Assembly (NCBI GenBank): GCA_017499595.2
Contig: CM038999.1
Span: forward strand, 2,542,001 to 2,606,000
Direction: 5' to 3'
From: Psilocybe cubensis
Taxonomy: Eukaryota
Length of the DNA: 64,000 nucleotides
Position numbers and translations under genes: made by a program. Below the pieces are notes generated by a model. It had not been told where the DNA came from, made no database searches, and worked only from the letters and a program-made list of their open reading frames with translations. Positions 38,625 through 53,000 of this stretch are shown here, one piece after another (positions within the stretch are counted from its first letter, which is position 1; each line of letters begins with the position of its first letter).

Positions 38625-40837
38625 ATTGGTAACACAATGCTAAACAACCTGTACATTTTTTGCTCGAGTAGGTCAATACTTTATGAACATCTATACTTGG
38701 AGATCAAATCCACTTGTATTCAAATCTCCGAAGCCTACAAAAAATCTTGGGGTTGGAGAGCATTATATTTCTCCAGTCAAGGACTGCGAACTGCGCTATC
38801 ATGACACACACTTTCCCGTATTCCCAAAATACATCCGATGTTGTGAGCTGCGCACAATTCACTTGTCCCTTCCTCTGTCCCATGGTATCTCATGATTATA
38901 TATTGTGAGCGCGAGAGGTCTTGATAGGCTTAGATTCGTGTCAAGATATTTATTTGCGGAAGTTACTTTGAAATGCCTCTACTTCCACAACCAAACTTGT
39001 CTCCGGTAGTCTCCCTCGTTATGTTCCAAAACTAGACCTTGGCCATTAATATTTATCGCGCAGCACCGAGGGGCCCACAAACGCGAAATCAAGATAAATT
39101 TACACCCTAGCTATCTTTAATCCTTCATTTTTTTGCCCAATGATAGCAATTGAGTCTGGTAACAACATATACAGTGTTGATATACAATACAGATAACACT
39201 ACATATGTAGTAAAAAATTTGTAATCTGATCTTTGGTTCTCATGCGTGAGCCTGTTCCGTCATGCGTGGAAAGCGTTGGAAGTATCCCTATCAATCTAAA
39301 ACCTGATTTAAGTACAATTGCCCCGTTACTCTAGTCAGCGCATAATCAAGTACGTCAAAGTATCGGGCGAGCCATGAACTTCTTGCAGGTCGTTGAGACT
39401 GACTGGACAAACCGAACTGCCTATGTGCTTGTTACTATTTTTAGGATGATTTTCAAACATTGACTTTCACGACTCAAAATACGGGCACTATTGTGACAGT
39501 TATCAGGCCTTCTGAGAAGTCAGATTAACTATTTGATACTTGCTGGCAGCAGTGAGTCTCATAAATTTCCAGAATCCTACTTCGTTTTTCGCATCTGCTA
39601 TTCTTTCTAGCCAAAAAAGAATATAACATATACATACTCGTCGGAGGGTGCCAAGCAAAGGCCAAGGATATAGATCTTGACGTGTACTTTTATAACCTTT
39701 ACGATACTTATAACGATAAGTTTTGCTTTCCCCGGGTCTCCGATTGGTCCAATCGGAGAAAGTGGCCAATTTAAGTAGATGGGCTTGGCTTGAGTTAATG
39801 CCTGAAGGTACGCCAGATAATGTGAATCAATCAGTCAACACCAGGAGAATGACTAAGATCATTTTAACATATACGCGTGTAGCTTATAGGTCTATGAATG
39901 AGGCAAACCTTCCTTGGTCTAAATCAGATTATAAGATGAATCTACATTGCCAAGGTAGAAAGTTAAAAAACGCCACCTACGTATCTCACGGATTGCACAG
40001 TTCTCTTTGGGAGACTCTGGGTTGCCCTGGATCGCCAGGGAAAGACATTAGAACTTTTGATAGCCAATCGTAAACACATCTTGTCAACGAACTAGAGCTC
40101 GACCGAAGAAAAGCCCATGGACCACCTTCTTGAGTTTTTAGCACCAGTAAAAACGTAAGGTCCATGTGTACACTGTGGACCGTGAGTGTCTCGTAATATA
40201 AACATGATGAACGGTGATTTGCTGGGGTTTTTCAGGATCGCAAGTAGCCACGAGTCGGAAGATTTGTAGTTAAGTTCGAGATGTCCCTGTATGCCAATTT
40301 CACGCTAGAATCGCTTTTTATAAGCTGCATGCCAACCTCTCCTCCCTGCTTCTCAATGCAGTGCATTAACGTTGGCTAGATTCACCACTGAACTCAGGGT
40401 AGTACTATTCGGTGTTCACAAAATCGGAGGGGTGAGGGTGGTATCCCAAATATGTATCTAATGCGGACCATTGGGCAAATCACTTCATCGGTCAAAATTG
40501 TCATTTTCCTCTCCGGTCCTTCGCTCTACTCCCATGTCTTTGTGCGACCGGAGGAGGTATAAGAAACTACGCTGGGAACTTTGATCGAAGTGTGTGATTT
40601 CCTTTTGCTTCCCACGCATTCAATCTTCTGATATCTGGTTGACATGTACGTCTAAGAATGGGCATTTCCCTATCTTTGGGGCAACCGACTTAGATCTCAC
40701 AATAACGAAACACAAGTCCGTTTTCGTTTAATCGAAATGCCAAGACTTCCTTGGACACTACAAATACTAAACCTCACTCTGTTCCCTGAAGTCGTCACCC
40801 AACAGCACCAAGCCTACCAAGTTCAATTGTTTTCAAC

Positions 40838-42211
40838 ATGTCAGCAGAAAATGCACCCCGCAAAAAGAGAATCGCTTCTGATACTACTCCCGTTCCTGAT
40901 GGCGACCATCGCAAAAGGTAAATATCTTTTTGGACTGTCGTTGCACGTTCAAAGATTAAATTTTGTCATCTTTAGGCGTCGCAACAGAACTACTCAGTCT
41001 TGTTTAAACTGCCACACCTCTAAGCGAATGGTGAGTCTTATTGGCATAGCTATAAACGAGTTGATAACAATAATTTGCCCAGTGTGACAGGAAGCGCCCA
41101 GCCTGCGCGCGTTGCACGCAGCTTGGTTTGGTATGTCAGTCGTTGATATATTTGGGCTCGCCATTAAAGATTGTAATAAAGACAGGACTCTGTGTATATG
41201 AGGTCGATGATCCCAGTCAGCGATTAGATGCTCAAGACGAGAGCTCCCGATTGATTAAACGAGTCGCCGAACTTGAAGGCGTTATTCGTGAAGTATGTCT
41301 TCTCGCTTCATCCAAATAACTTGACGTTGACCCCAAGCATAGTTAAAGAACAAACCTCACCCCCGGTGGGTGCAGAGCAGTCAACCGGGAGGTAGCGACG
41401 AGTCATCATCCTCTAATGCTCCATCTCCTCCTATATCTTCACCGTCTTCTGACAGGGGCGATTCTTCTCCGCGGCAAAATTCATCTTTAAACCCAACCAC
41501 ACCCCCCAAAACTAGTTTATACCCTCTTTCGATACAATCTTCGGCGAACTATGACACCCGCCGTAAATCTCCCTATCTTCTTTCACCTTTGGAAAGTACA
41601 CCCTCACCAGGGCTTATGACGCCAACAGATGAATACCCATTCTCCTCTGCTGGCATCGCAGGGCAGGGAGGGAACCAAGACTACGATTTGACGACAATGT
41701 TTTTGAATTACCCAGGACTCATAGGACTCAATGACGGAGGTTTCTCACCGGTACACGAAGCTCGACCTCATAAACATCATTCCTGTAGCTGCCTTCATGA
41801 TCCCACAAGCTATAACACTATGCTGGAGCTATCTGTGCGGTTAAGAAAAGCCTCCGACGTTCTCAGCCAGTCGTCCTGTCATCATAATGGTACATATTGT
41901 CATCTCCACCAACGTATCTCGGAGCTAGATTCCTTTACTATGTGAGTATTGCTCGACATTTCTTAAATGTAATGCTTAACTATTCTTCTAGTAATGCTCT
42001 AAGCGATATCACACACACACCCAGAGGAATGCCACCAGAGTCTCAGTCCCAGGGCTATCATCCGTCGCAGATGTACTCACAGAGAATGCCTTCGAATATG
42101 AGGGGATCTTCGCTGAACGTTAGGCCCTGGGATATGATGTCCTCTAACGCCAGTTCGCCAGCACCTCTTGATGACTCCTTCATGTCGTGGGAACCACCTC
42201 GGAGGTCATAG
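40838..42211 (+). CDS. Zn(II)2Cys6 transcription factor without a recognisable middle homology domain
   Basis: Spliced RRRNRTTQSCLNCHTSKRM|CDRKRPACARCTQLGL|TGLCVYE, then a coiled coil (LIKRVAELEGVIRE), an S/P-rich region and a C-terminal Cys/His cluster. Confidence 0.9.
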
Positions 42212-44102
42212 TATTTAATATCAGCAACCTTGTATGATTATATGTCTCCTTTATGTAGCACTACTGTTAGATTATTTAGAAACACACACAACATTATTTA
42301 TTTCAAATCCAATTGAAGAAATGTGCCCATTTGCTACAATTACCGAAAAGGCGATCTATAGTCTATTTCTGGTATCGGCTACATATCTTAAATTAGATTG
42401 CAGATCCAGATAGATGACCGGACCATCTCTCGGAAAATCCCGAAGTTGTGGACTTGTCACTGGTCAGTGCTTGGTTGAGCGGATTGAGGATCGCTCAGGA
42501 TGCAATTGTAAAACAATCCTGTAGATCTCTGAATGATTTGAAATGATGCTAATCAAATATACTGGTGAAATAGATTCAGCGCAAAAACCAGTATGCTGTT
42601 CTGCAACCTGCTTTACTTAGTTGGAAGACTGAGGCTCGTGGAACAGAGGCAGTTTACAGGTTGGCTACCTGCTGCTGTGTGCCTATCGGTTCTCTTTAGG
42701 GCCGTATGGTAATCTCGTGACCAACCAACTAACCAATCGAGACACTTCATCCTGAGACAATTATGTATTGTTCACATTAGCCAGACTCGGACCTTGACTT
42801 ATTCATACCAATCTACTAAGTCGGAAGTTAATATAAAAGCAATAATGATGAATTAATCTTTCTTCACCTTACCAACCTTCACCTGAACTGTATACAACTT
42901 TCCTTTTTCTGTAGTATGTTTATGCTCATAGTAATTTATTAATGATATTATCGTCGAGAACAGATTATTGAAAAGATTTGATCCTGTCTTGGAGACAAAA
43001 AAGTATCGCAAATCATAGAGTATAGACTTCCGTTGTGAATGCACGCGTTTCATTTCCAGTCAGGGTCTGAAGAGTTCAGTTCAAGTCCATTGAGAGAAGG
43101 AGTACTAGTCAAGCTATATACCAACTGCCTAAAGTGTAGACTGACTAGGTGTAATTTCTAGCTACCTTTGTCCCAAAACAGTAGCCAGATGTCACTTTCC
43201 TCATGTCTTCATTCGGGCTGCGACCCTATTGAATCGCATCGGCTCTGAAAATGCTGGACCTATGGCCGGGAAAGTTCGGCGGAAATCTGTCGTTTCCACG
43301 AACAGAAATGCCGAGAAAGTCACGACGAGGCAGTGTAGATACCATGCGTTTCCCAAATGGAAGATAAGATTCCGATATGGTTGGTATCATCTTACGGGCA
43401 CTCCACAGATATTAATCGAAGTCGTCGGTCTTACGGGAATGGATGGCAATGACTACAAGAGAAAACCTATTAGCAGTAGAGGAGAAGGTAGTAGATACGT
43501 AGTTCTTTTTTGCAAATTACCTGCGTGACATTATATGCAATTATACCTATTAGACCTATGTTGACTGCACTACATGAATAAGATGTTTTTTTGCGGATGG
43601 ATTTTACATACTTTCCGAAAATGCGGGATAGTGTGAGATGACTCTTGGATACTCCATGTACGTCTTGTATTCCTGAGAGTAGATATAGTAATTTCTTTCG
43701 TACTTTTGGTGTCACTAGTGGTGCGGTTCCGTGGATATACTTGCTTCGAGGCCAGTGGCACCACTGTCAGCAATTACTATTTTTAAATAGTGCACACTCT
43801 GCAGCATCCAAACCAAATCCAAACATTCAAAATAATGGGTTTTCTTCTCGCTACTAGAAAAATTTATCTGGGTTGTGGAAGTATCGAAATCTGCGGGTAA
43901 ATTCACCTCTCAATCGTCCAACAATCGTCTAGTACAGAAAAAAGCTCAAGTGAGGCTGTACACGGATATTGCCGAACTGAGGGGGTTCGATTTAATGTTT
44001 GTCAGCAGTGAGGTAGAACCTTGCACCCAGTCGAAGTCTGCTTGGTGGTTCGCTCTTGACTGTTAACCATTATCATTGTCGTAAAACTTTTTCATTTACA
44101 CC

Positions 44103-45019
44103 ATGGCATCACACTTGGTGTGTAATTTGCTTATGCTCAATTACTTTTTCCAAAGCTTATTTTCTTCGAATAGGCCAATATCTTCGGTACAGAACAGGAT
44201 CGCGTTAATTGTTCTTTCTATTACAAGGTATGAGCCGTTGATTGTACCTGCCCTCAACCCATAGGCTGATTGGTATCCTAGATTGGGGCATGCCGCCACG
44301 GTGATCGTTGTTCCAGGAAACATATCAAACCTCCCTTTTCCCAGACCATCCTCCTTCCCAATGTTTACCACAACCCCGCACACGACCCCGTGTGTAAGTT
44401 GACCCCAAAGGAACTCCAAGAAGGCTTTGATGCAGTATACGAGGATCTTTACTGTGAATTGGCGAAATTCGGGCACCTTCTTGAGCTTCACGTAAGTGTA
44501 TTGATGTTGCAATTTTCTCTCGACATCTTACCAATTCGCTCACCCGACGCACAGGTATGCGACAATGTCGGAGACCACTTGATAGGGAATGTGTATGCTA
44601 GATACGAGTGGGAAACGGAAGCGCAAGCCGCTGTTGATAGTTGTAATGAACGCTGGTATGCAGGTGTGTGCTTCTGAGGTTGGCGCTTTTTTCATTACTT
44701 AAAACTGTATTAAGGTCGACCGCTGTATGCTGAATTATCGCCGGTGACTGATTTTCGAGAGGCATGCTGCCGTCAGAATGAAAACGGAGAGTGCAACCGG
44801 GGTGGCTTCTGTAACTTCATGCATCTTCGATTGGCATCGAAAGACCTGGTTTCTTCTTTACGTGCTGGTCAACGGCTGGAACGGAGACTCAATCCCGCCA
44901 AAACTGAAGGGGGTGGTGGGGGATGGGAACCTAGCAAACGAGAGGGTGGCAGGGGAAGATCTGCTAGTCCGTCTAGGCGAGGTGGTAATCCTGGTGAAGA
45001 TCGCTGGACTAGGAAGTAG
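44103..45019 (+). CDS. U2AF1: Splicing factor U2AF small subunit (U2AF35/U2AF23)
   Basis: MASHL|ANIFGTEQDRVNCSFYYK|IGACRHGDRCSRKH, VCDNVGDHLIGNVY and ELSPVTDFREACCRQ...CNRGGFCNFMH. Confidence 0.97.
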
Positions 45020-45114
45020 TTTTACTGTACAATTAAAGGCACCTAGTCATAGAGAAAATAGTCGCATTTGATTATATCCGTAAACTAATGTAATTCATGG
45101 TATGGATCTGATCA

Positions 45115-45984
45115 TTATACAAGCCATTGATCACTTTGCAACAAACCTGCCTGGTCAGACCACTGGGTAACAAACCTGCGGACATGTGTGAGCGTCATAT
45201 TGCTTTCAGAACAAATCCAACAGACCTATCAGCAAGAGGGCGGATTAGTTTGGCAGATAGAGACAGAGACTTTACCCGCGCAAATGTCTCAATATAAATT
45301 ATCAATGGTGCATGTAGGCCGAGGAACTGGCCAGAAAAGGATCTCAGGGTTCACAAAATGCTTCAGGGGAACTTTACATACTTTGTTCACATAAACAGCG
45401 AGGCAGAGAACAAAGCAGGTCCCTGGTCCGTTCAGGAGTAATACGTCTGGATATCCTGGAGTATTTGGATCAAACAAAGGTCGGAATGCCAGACAGTAGA
45501 CGCAATATATGAACGAGTACGCCGTGGAAGCAGGTACAGTGAGAAGTGATTGGTGAACTCGTCTTGCTCGCGGAATGGACAACATGTAATACTGTAAATT
45601 GTGTTATGAGCTGTAAAATTGAGATAATAAGGGTTGAATTACATTGGACTTATTGCCCTCAGAAATTTGAGATTCGAATTTAATTGCTTTCTGAACACTT
45701 AGATCGTCTCCGGAAGAGACAATATAAGTTCTCGGACCATATCGATCTACATCCAGGGCCGAGATGAGCAATAACGCTTCATTGGTATGGCCTCCTTGTA
45801 TGCATTTTAGCGACATAATGGTGTATCGGTAGTTGAAGTGGCTGCTCGTACCTGAACCTAGGAAGACAGCTATACTACAGCTATTTTTGCCCACTGACAA
45901 GCGTTTGGGCTTTCTGGATTTGTTGGGTAGGATAGAGAATGCGCGATAGAGGAAGAGAACTAGAATAATAACGAGGAAGATCAT
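45115..45984 (-). CDS. ALG14: UDP-GlcNAc transferase subunit Alg14
   Basis: N-terminal TM, VFLGS|GGHTNE, IPRARRVHQS, DVLLLNGPGTC, IIYIETFARVKSLSLSAKL and |FVTQW. Confidence 0.93.
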
Positions 45985-46303
45985 GGTAAAATTGTATGAT
46001 GACCGGCAAGGAATGCGCAACTAGTGATTGCTTACCACAATGTCATAATTTTAACAAGGCATCAACAGGATGAGCGAAGTTGATGTTTATTCGGAGAACA
46101 ACAAATAATTTGAAATATCTTGAAAATATCACTATAAAAACAAAACAAAAAATTGTATTATTTTAATCATCGTTTCAACTTGCTCCATCTAATTGCTCGT
46201 GAATAGTTGAAGTAGAGTATATTTCGTTAAAGAATTACGCAAGCCTAATCATGTATAAAATTTTCAAGGCGATGATACAGAGAGTCGGACATGGAGCTCC
46301 AAA

Positions 46304-47623
46304 CTACATAGACTTCATTTTGCCGACTGGAAGCCTGTATATGGGCAAGGAAAAGTATTCACGAGTTTCACCCCATCTTCCTTCCCTATCATCAAAACCA
46401 ACGTCGACGTCAGACCAATTAACATCCAAGCCAACGTCCGCAAGGTGGAGCTCTGAAATACGGGTGTATATGTCATAGAAGAACGCATCTGGGCAGTAGT
46501 CAGGATATGAAGTAGAACCAGCTGCATAGAAAACCTACTGGTTGCCCCAAGACCGTTAAAGAAGCTAAAGCTCGATTCACCATCTGCCAATAAATCTGGC
46601 AGGTGCTCAAAAAATTGTCGAAGAGCGTTGTAATCTTCCGAGAATGTGTCTGTATATATAACATCGAATCCGCCTGAGTTCAAGAGTTCTGGACTTTCGA
46701 CGAAATCTTGCCAGCGACCCTCTAAAATTCTGACGCCCTTGCGATCATACCAGCCCCTTTCGCGCATAAAGTTGAGGACGTCTGGGTGAGCTTCTATAAT
46801 AAAATGCTCTGCTGGTGGGTGCGGGAGACTTTGGAAAAAATTGTCAACCTTATCACTGGATGGTCAACGAAGTTTAAACAAATTGAAGCAAATGATATTA
46901 ACAATACCCAGTCCAAACCCAATGTTCAAAATCTTAAGATTGGTAGCATTAGGATGTTGATCGCAAAGCCTGTGGACGGTTTCATTCATGATGTTTCTCT
47001 CCCAGCCCATCATGACTCCAATGTCCTGTCCTTCCACATTAAGAACGCAAATATCTTGGCCATTCTCGTCAACAGTGTACTTAAGCCTCGAATTCAGGAA
47101 AGCATCGGAAGAGCCGCTCGCTGTGGTATCCTCGGCGCACAGGATTAGTCTGAATGAATCGGAAGATGATTTTTTCTCGAGTAACCCTAGGAGAAGTTCT
47201 ATACGATAGCTCAGTGATTGCAAACGGTGCGAGAACCTAGATCGTGTATGCACCTGAGCGAATGCCCGCGTCCCGTATTTCTTTATATATGGTCTCATCG
47301 TTGAAAGATAAAGCGATGTCTCCTGCAGTATTCTTGAGATAATCCACTGAAGCGATATGCTCAGTAAACATAGTCAACGAATCACAAATATTAAACGTGC
47401 CAGCATTCCAAACAGCTCCTTCATTAATGAGCAATTTGACAAGGTCGTGATTCCGAGCATATGCGGCAGCATGGAGTGGTGAGATGCCTTCAGCAGCATT
47501 TTGATACCAGATGGGTGCACCCAATTGCAAGGCGGTCGAAATTTCGTCTATCGATTCATTGGCGAGTATTTTGTTAATAAGATCTTCACCTAGCTGAGCC
47601 GCTATGGTATCTAAATCGTCCAT
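46304..47623 (-). CDS. RMT2: Protein arginine N-methyltransferase 2 (type IV, ankyrin repeat plus SAM domain)
   Basis: Ankyrin ISPLHAAA...LINEGAVWNA, then GVMMGWERNIM, ILNIGFGLGI, IIEAHPDV, FDVIYTDTFSE and FSFFNGLGA. Confidence 0.93.
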
Positions 47624-47849
47624 TTTGAGGTGGTTCAAGACAAGGTTTAAAACTAGCTGCAAAATGCTTTTCTTTCTTCACTATACTGTGTAGTGATCCG
47701 TAATATTAATGCTGATCCGGGCCGCAGCGGGCCGTATTCATTCAACAACCTGCCGATTCCCGAACGAGCTGTGCACAAGTTTCGATTTGGTTCTACTGAC
47801 TCGCTAAGTTTGAGTGTCGAACTTTCTTCTTTCTGCTTCAACGTCAGTC

Positions 47850-48548
47850 ATGTCGAGCACCTCAGCTTCAACCTCTACTGCTCCCACCCATCGACATGCT
47901 CTGACTGCGGTTGAGAAGCAGCGCTCCCAGCTGGAAAAGCTTCTAAAGGATCCTGCCAAGCCAGTATATATACCCCCTCCACCTAAAGAGAAAACGATAC
48001 GGCCTGCCAGAGAAATGATGAAAAACGTTCAGGGATCAAGTGCAGGTGCGGGAAGTGGTGAATTTCATGTATATAAAGCAAGTCGGAGACGAGAATACGA
48101 ACGCTTGAAGCTTCTTGAAGAAGCCTCCAATAAGGTATGAAGAAATCCGACTAAGACATTAGATAATTCTCAATCTGTGTTCCAGGAAATTGAAGATGCC
48201 GAGTTTGAAAGGAGACGACGCGAGACAGAAGAACTAGCCAATGCCAAAACGGTCAAAAATCGAGCGAAGAGGCAGAAAAGAAAGGAGAGAGCGAAAACGA
48301 AAGGAACTCGAAAAGATGAAAGCGAGGCACCGGCTCAGGAAACCTCAGATTTACCGATCAAGAAAAGGAGAATTGTTAACGGGGAAGAAATGGTGTTCAG
48401 AAAACCTACAGAAGCCAGCGACGATTCCGATGACGAAGGTCAACTTTTGCGGGAGCCTAAGAATATTGAGACGTTATCGCAGCATGCACCCGAACCTGCC
48501 TCGATTGCCATTGAGCCCTCGCGTATAACCATATTAGAAGATGATTAA
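47850..48548 (+). CDS. PRKRIP1-like spliceosomal protein (DUF1168)
   Basis: Signature NVQGSSAGAGSGEFHVYKASRRREYERL followed by KTVKNRAKRQKRK; one intron at ~48134-48185. Confidence 0.88.
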
Positions 48549-48883
48549 AGTCGTCCCTGACGGCCTAGTCGCCATTATTCCTTACTTTTCCCGATTACTA
48601 CCTGACAATCGATGCGTACGGCAAGATAATCCGAATCTACACTATGAATCTACTCATCTGGGTTAGAAAGCGTCCTCTTCTCAGACGAGGGTAAGCATCC
48701 TGCTCATTTCTGTGTTACTATGGTGATGCTGCGTGCGGTCTACCGATGAAAAGGGTCATATTATTGGACAGTATGCAGGCTGGACAATTGCTATGTGATA
48801 TTTCAATAAGTTACAATACGCGCATTCTGTCCTACAGCTGGATTCATGACTAGTCTGCGCAGTTTGAACACTAGCCAGCACAT

Positions 48884-49704
48884 TCATATAGGTATGCTCT
48901 GCAGGGTTTCAAGAGTAATATATTTCTTCAAGTTTTCTCCACGAAGATCCTCGACCTAAAATCAAAGTCAGTGATGCATCGGGGACGTTGAATTGATTAC
49001 GTGCCTCTTCGTCGAGATGGCGAAAGAGGACATCTCTGAAATTGTCCAAACAAGCGCGCATCTCATCCGGTGAATATTCTGAGGGGGTATCCGTCCACTT
49101 TGTAACAAGGACCTCAAGGCGCTCAAGACCTTTCAACAAAATATCAAGATCGTCACTGCTTCGTTCTTATTCATACGAAGCGATACCTTCGTGAATGTCT
49201 CGATGAGAAGTGATATGGGCACCATTATTTCTGGCAGCAAATTGTGGCATCGCTTCTCCAAGGATGGGGAAAATATAGCGCTCTTCAATGGTGTGGTGCA
49301 TTGTTAAATCTATCAGTGATTCGTAGGATCATCACGGGGAGAAGATACGTTTATAGTCAAGAGACATACGCTTATTCATTGCTTTTGCTAAGTCAAGGTA
49401 ACGAGCAAGAGACAGACCTTGGCGGTTGAAAGAACCATCGGCAAGCTCGTAAATAGTATTGACTGCGAAGTCAAGGCGGTTAGTTAATTTGATTGGTATG
49501 CACTGTTATTGCAAACCGGATTATAGAAATTGACATTCTTGTTTGAAGTAATCATGGAAGGAACTCATTTTCTGGCTCAACTGCGGATAAAAGTTTTCAG
49601 CTCTGAATCAAGAACAACACACCGGTGACGATTAGAGACTCGCGTACATTGTTCCATTTTCTCTCTTCTAAGGTAGACTTAGAATGGTTGCTGTGTGTCG
49701 ACAT
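48884..49704 (-). CDS. Hemerythrin/HHE cation-binding domain protein
   Basis: Spliced FHDYFKQE|FNTIY...HLTMHHTIEERYIFP...HITSHRDIHE|G...LFRHLDEE shows the His/Glu ligand pattern of hemerythrin-like bundles. Most exons are too short for the ORF track. Confidence 0.85.
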
Positions 49705-50075
49705 CGATGGCGTTTGAGTGATTTGTACTTCATTGGAGGCAGAATCAGAGGCTTACGATTGTCCTTGTGAATCCGATGACATGTTGCGGCTATCTTATTA
49801 TTTCTCCTAGCCCGTTGCCGTGGTATTAGGTGGTGATTGTGCTTAAAGTCACGCTAGTAACACGAATTGAATATTCTGAAAGTGTGCGACTTTACACAGC
49901 CAATGCCAGCAGATGCTCCCTTGACTACCGACCAACGCTATAAAAAAACAAAAGGTGATATGAGAAATGACTTCCAGTGGCCTGTCGAAATCGATACTGA
50001 TAATGTAGTTTGCCTGTCTCAAGTCAATTATGAATAGCGACGAGCTGAACTACATGTACATCCTTCTGAAAGTTT

Positions 50076-53000
50076 TTATCCCACCAAATCTACGAGCCCA
50101 CGCCCGGGTGAAATCAGCCCCACCACTTTGCCTTTGAAATCAAGCAATGACCCCCCCTTTACTGCGACCAAATCTAGGTTCGGAACACGCACACCGAGAA
50201 GGCTTTCAAGGTTTGTAGAGGCAAGGGCTATAGCATCTTGGGGTGAAAGTCGCCCATCGGCTTCTAGTGCAGACTTATGATAACATTCAGTATCAAATTT
50301 AAACACTAGCAAATAAATTGATATACCCAGGCAACGTCGAAACGCAGGTTTCTTGAGGCCCACTGTTCCTCGACACCTACAGCGACAGTGACATTATGTT
50401 CGACGAGGGCCATAATTGAACTGTCACGAGTGAGAGGAGGTCCAGGCAAGCTATAAGCAACGATGAGATTCACTTTAAGCCAGCTTTAAAAAGCTAACAT
50501 CTTACATTCTCTTTGATTTCCATGTGGCTGGGAATGGTCGAGATGGTCTTAAAACAACGCCAACGCAGGCATTTCCGATTTCTTTAGCTAGAAGGTGCGC
50601 TTCATTGGCTCCAACAAAGGTGATATGAATTGAGTGCCCATGTATTTTCTCGGTTTCGAATTTAAGGTTGATTAAGGAAGCCATAGTGTCGGCACTTTGT
50701 ACTTGAATGACAAGTGGAAGATTTCCCTACTGATTGGTTAGCTCGCGGGATCTTGCCAACACTTAAGAACGGCCGAACCTTGACAACATCGGCGAAAAGA
50801 TCCTTCAACTCTCCTTCTCCTCCACCGTTGAGAAGACGTCTAAGTGCTGCGATTTGTGTACTGACGCTGGGCTTTGTAGAATCGATACTGATGTGTAGAG
50901 CTGTAAAATCTTGCACCACGGCACCGGTCGCGAGGCGATGGGAGGATCCGGTGTTAAATGCAGTCCCAAGCCCATCAAGAAAGCCTGATGAGCTGGGTGC
51001 AGTAACTCCAACCGTGACACCTGAGCGATAGGCCAGCCTAAGCGGCACAGAGATGATCAGCAAACTTGAATTTTCAAGCCTTGTCCGATCTTACAGAGCA
51101 TCTCGCGTAGAAAATTGGAGCCCATCAACTGCACGGATAATACTGCCTTCACCCAGAAGCGAGGGCCAGTCAGACTTCAGTGGGTCGTGTACTGATCCAT
51201 CGTTCGTGGAAGGTTCGGCATCTATATGATTTAGGCCTAGACGGCTACCAAAGCTAATTAAGGCAGGACTACAGAGAAAACAAAGGTCAAAATGTCATTT
51301 TCAGTGTAAGAAGTCAAAACGCACGATATAGATCCACCTTCCAGATCGAAGACGTCCGCATCACTATCAGTGTGAGCGTGCGTACAATCCAATGAAGCGC
51401 CTATACAAATTATTTCCCCACTTTTCACGACTACGACGCCTGCTTCGCCTTTACGGGCGGAAGAGAAGGCATGAATAATCTTCTGGCCTTGTCTCGTAAA
51501 GACAGAGTCAATATTGGTGAAAACAATGGTATCTGATTTCGACTGGATGGGCTCCAATGGAGGGAGACCGTCATATTCGAGGGTCTCTTTGGCTTCTTGA
51601 TCAAAGTTGGGGGTCTTTGGGATCTTCTGGGAGTCAGACGGTTTTTTGCTTACATGGGGCTTTTTCAACTGAGCAACACCATCTATGTAGACCTGTTTTG
51701 GAGCAGCTCCTAGAGAAAGTGGATGACTATCCCAGATAACAACATCTGTAATACATTCGCATCAGGGAGTCTCGTAGATAACATCCAAATTCATACCAGC
51801 ATCATAACCTGAAGATGTAAAATGTCTATGAAGTTGCCTGCTTAAATAAGGTAGGAACACGGACCCTGCTTCATATACCCAATGCGATGATCATAACCAA
51901 GAACGTTGGCTGGGGTTGATATGACTGATGAAAGAGCGAGATTGTGTGGCAGACCATAGTAATGAGCCTGCTGGGCATCATGCAGAAGATGCCGCGAATT
52001 CATCACGGGATGATCACTCTGAGATCAGACATATGGTAAGGCTACATTCAGCCTCATGACAGTGAAGAAAAATACCTTCATTACAACTCTCAGGCCATTT
52101 TCTGCCAAGATACGAGGTGCGAACTCAGAACCCCGGTATGCCTCCCGCTTGTATCGCGCATTGGTAGCAAATAATGCGATCGCGGGAGTTGGCCCTGAAC
52201 ATCATTAAAAAATTATCACCAACAAGTACAAGATCATACCGTACGCCTTCTTCAAGAGATCAGGAACAAGATATGTTTCGTGGGCGTGATGGAAAGCAGC
52301 GATAGAAAATTTGAACTCGTTTGTCAACTGGGCGAGTTTCAGTGTCGTAATCACACCGGCAGTTCTCAAATACAATGACGCACGCGGACCATTCCATCAA
52401 GATCGACAGCTTCGTAGCAGTGATTATGAACCTAAGAGATTATGTCCCATTAAATTGATATTTTAGATTATCTGTAAGAAATGTTATTGCTTGATACTTG
52501 CCTTGACACGACCTCGCAAAACGTCTACAAGTGCTTCCCATTGCAAATCGTCTGGGAACTCTCCGAGATTTTTCCATTGCCCACTCAGTGCTTTAGAGCA
52601 ATATTGATCTTGCTTTTCCTTCATTTTGCGTGCAGTATTATAACTGAGGAAAGGTGGATGGGAATCATGAAGTTTGCGATGGATATTCGTGCATAGATCA
52701 AGTAACTTACGCTTCTCTGAACGCCCAAATAGTATCCATTCGAGTGTTTGAATAGACCCTACCTAAAAGTGGATAAGTGAGAAAGGATCATAATACATCT
52801 ACGTCATGTACACACTTGGATTTTCACCGCATGCATGTCTAAGCAAATCTGTTAGATATGTTGCAAACCTAGAAGTCCAGACAATTTTACTTCATTTGTC
52901 TCCAGCGAGGCCGAGACTGGTCAACATGGGTACCGTTTAAGCTATGCGGGGGCTCGAGAACCATAGCTGAAGAAGACCTTTCGGAGGTGGGCCGCAATTT

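Noticed and set aside
38625-40550. Short ORFs and a hairpin (GGTCCA..TGGACC, 40159-40181) in the long spacer
   Set aside because: No homology cues, consistent exon chain or TIR/TSD structure; treated as regulatory or intergenic.
42212-44102. 1.9-kb spacer with several 60-100 aa ORFs and a GGTTCGA T-loop-like motif at ~43984
   Set aside because: The ORFs lack recognisable motifs and no tRNA cloverleaf can be folded around the motif.
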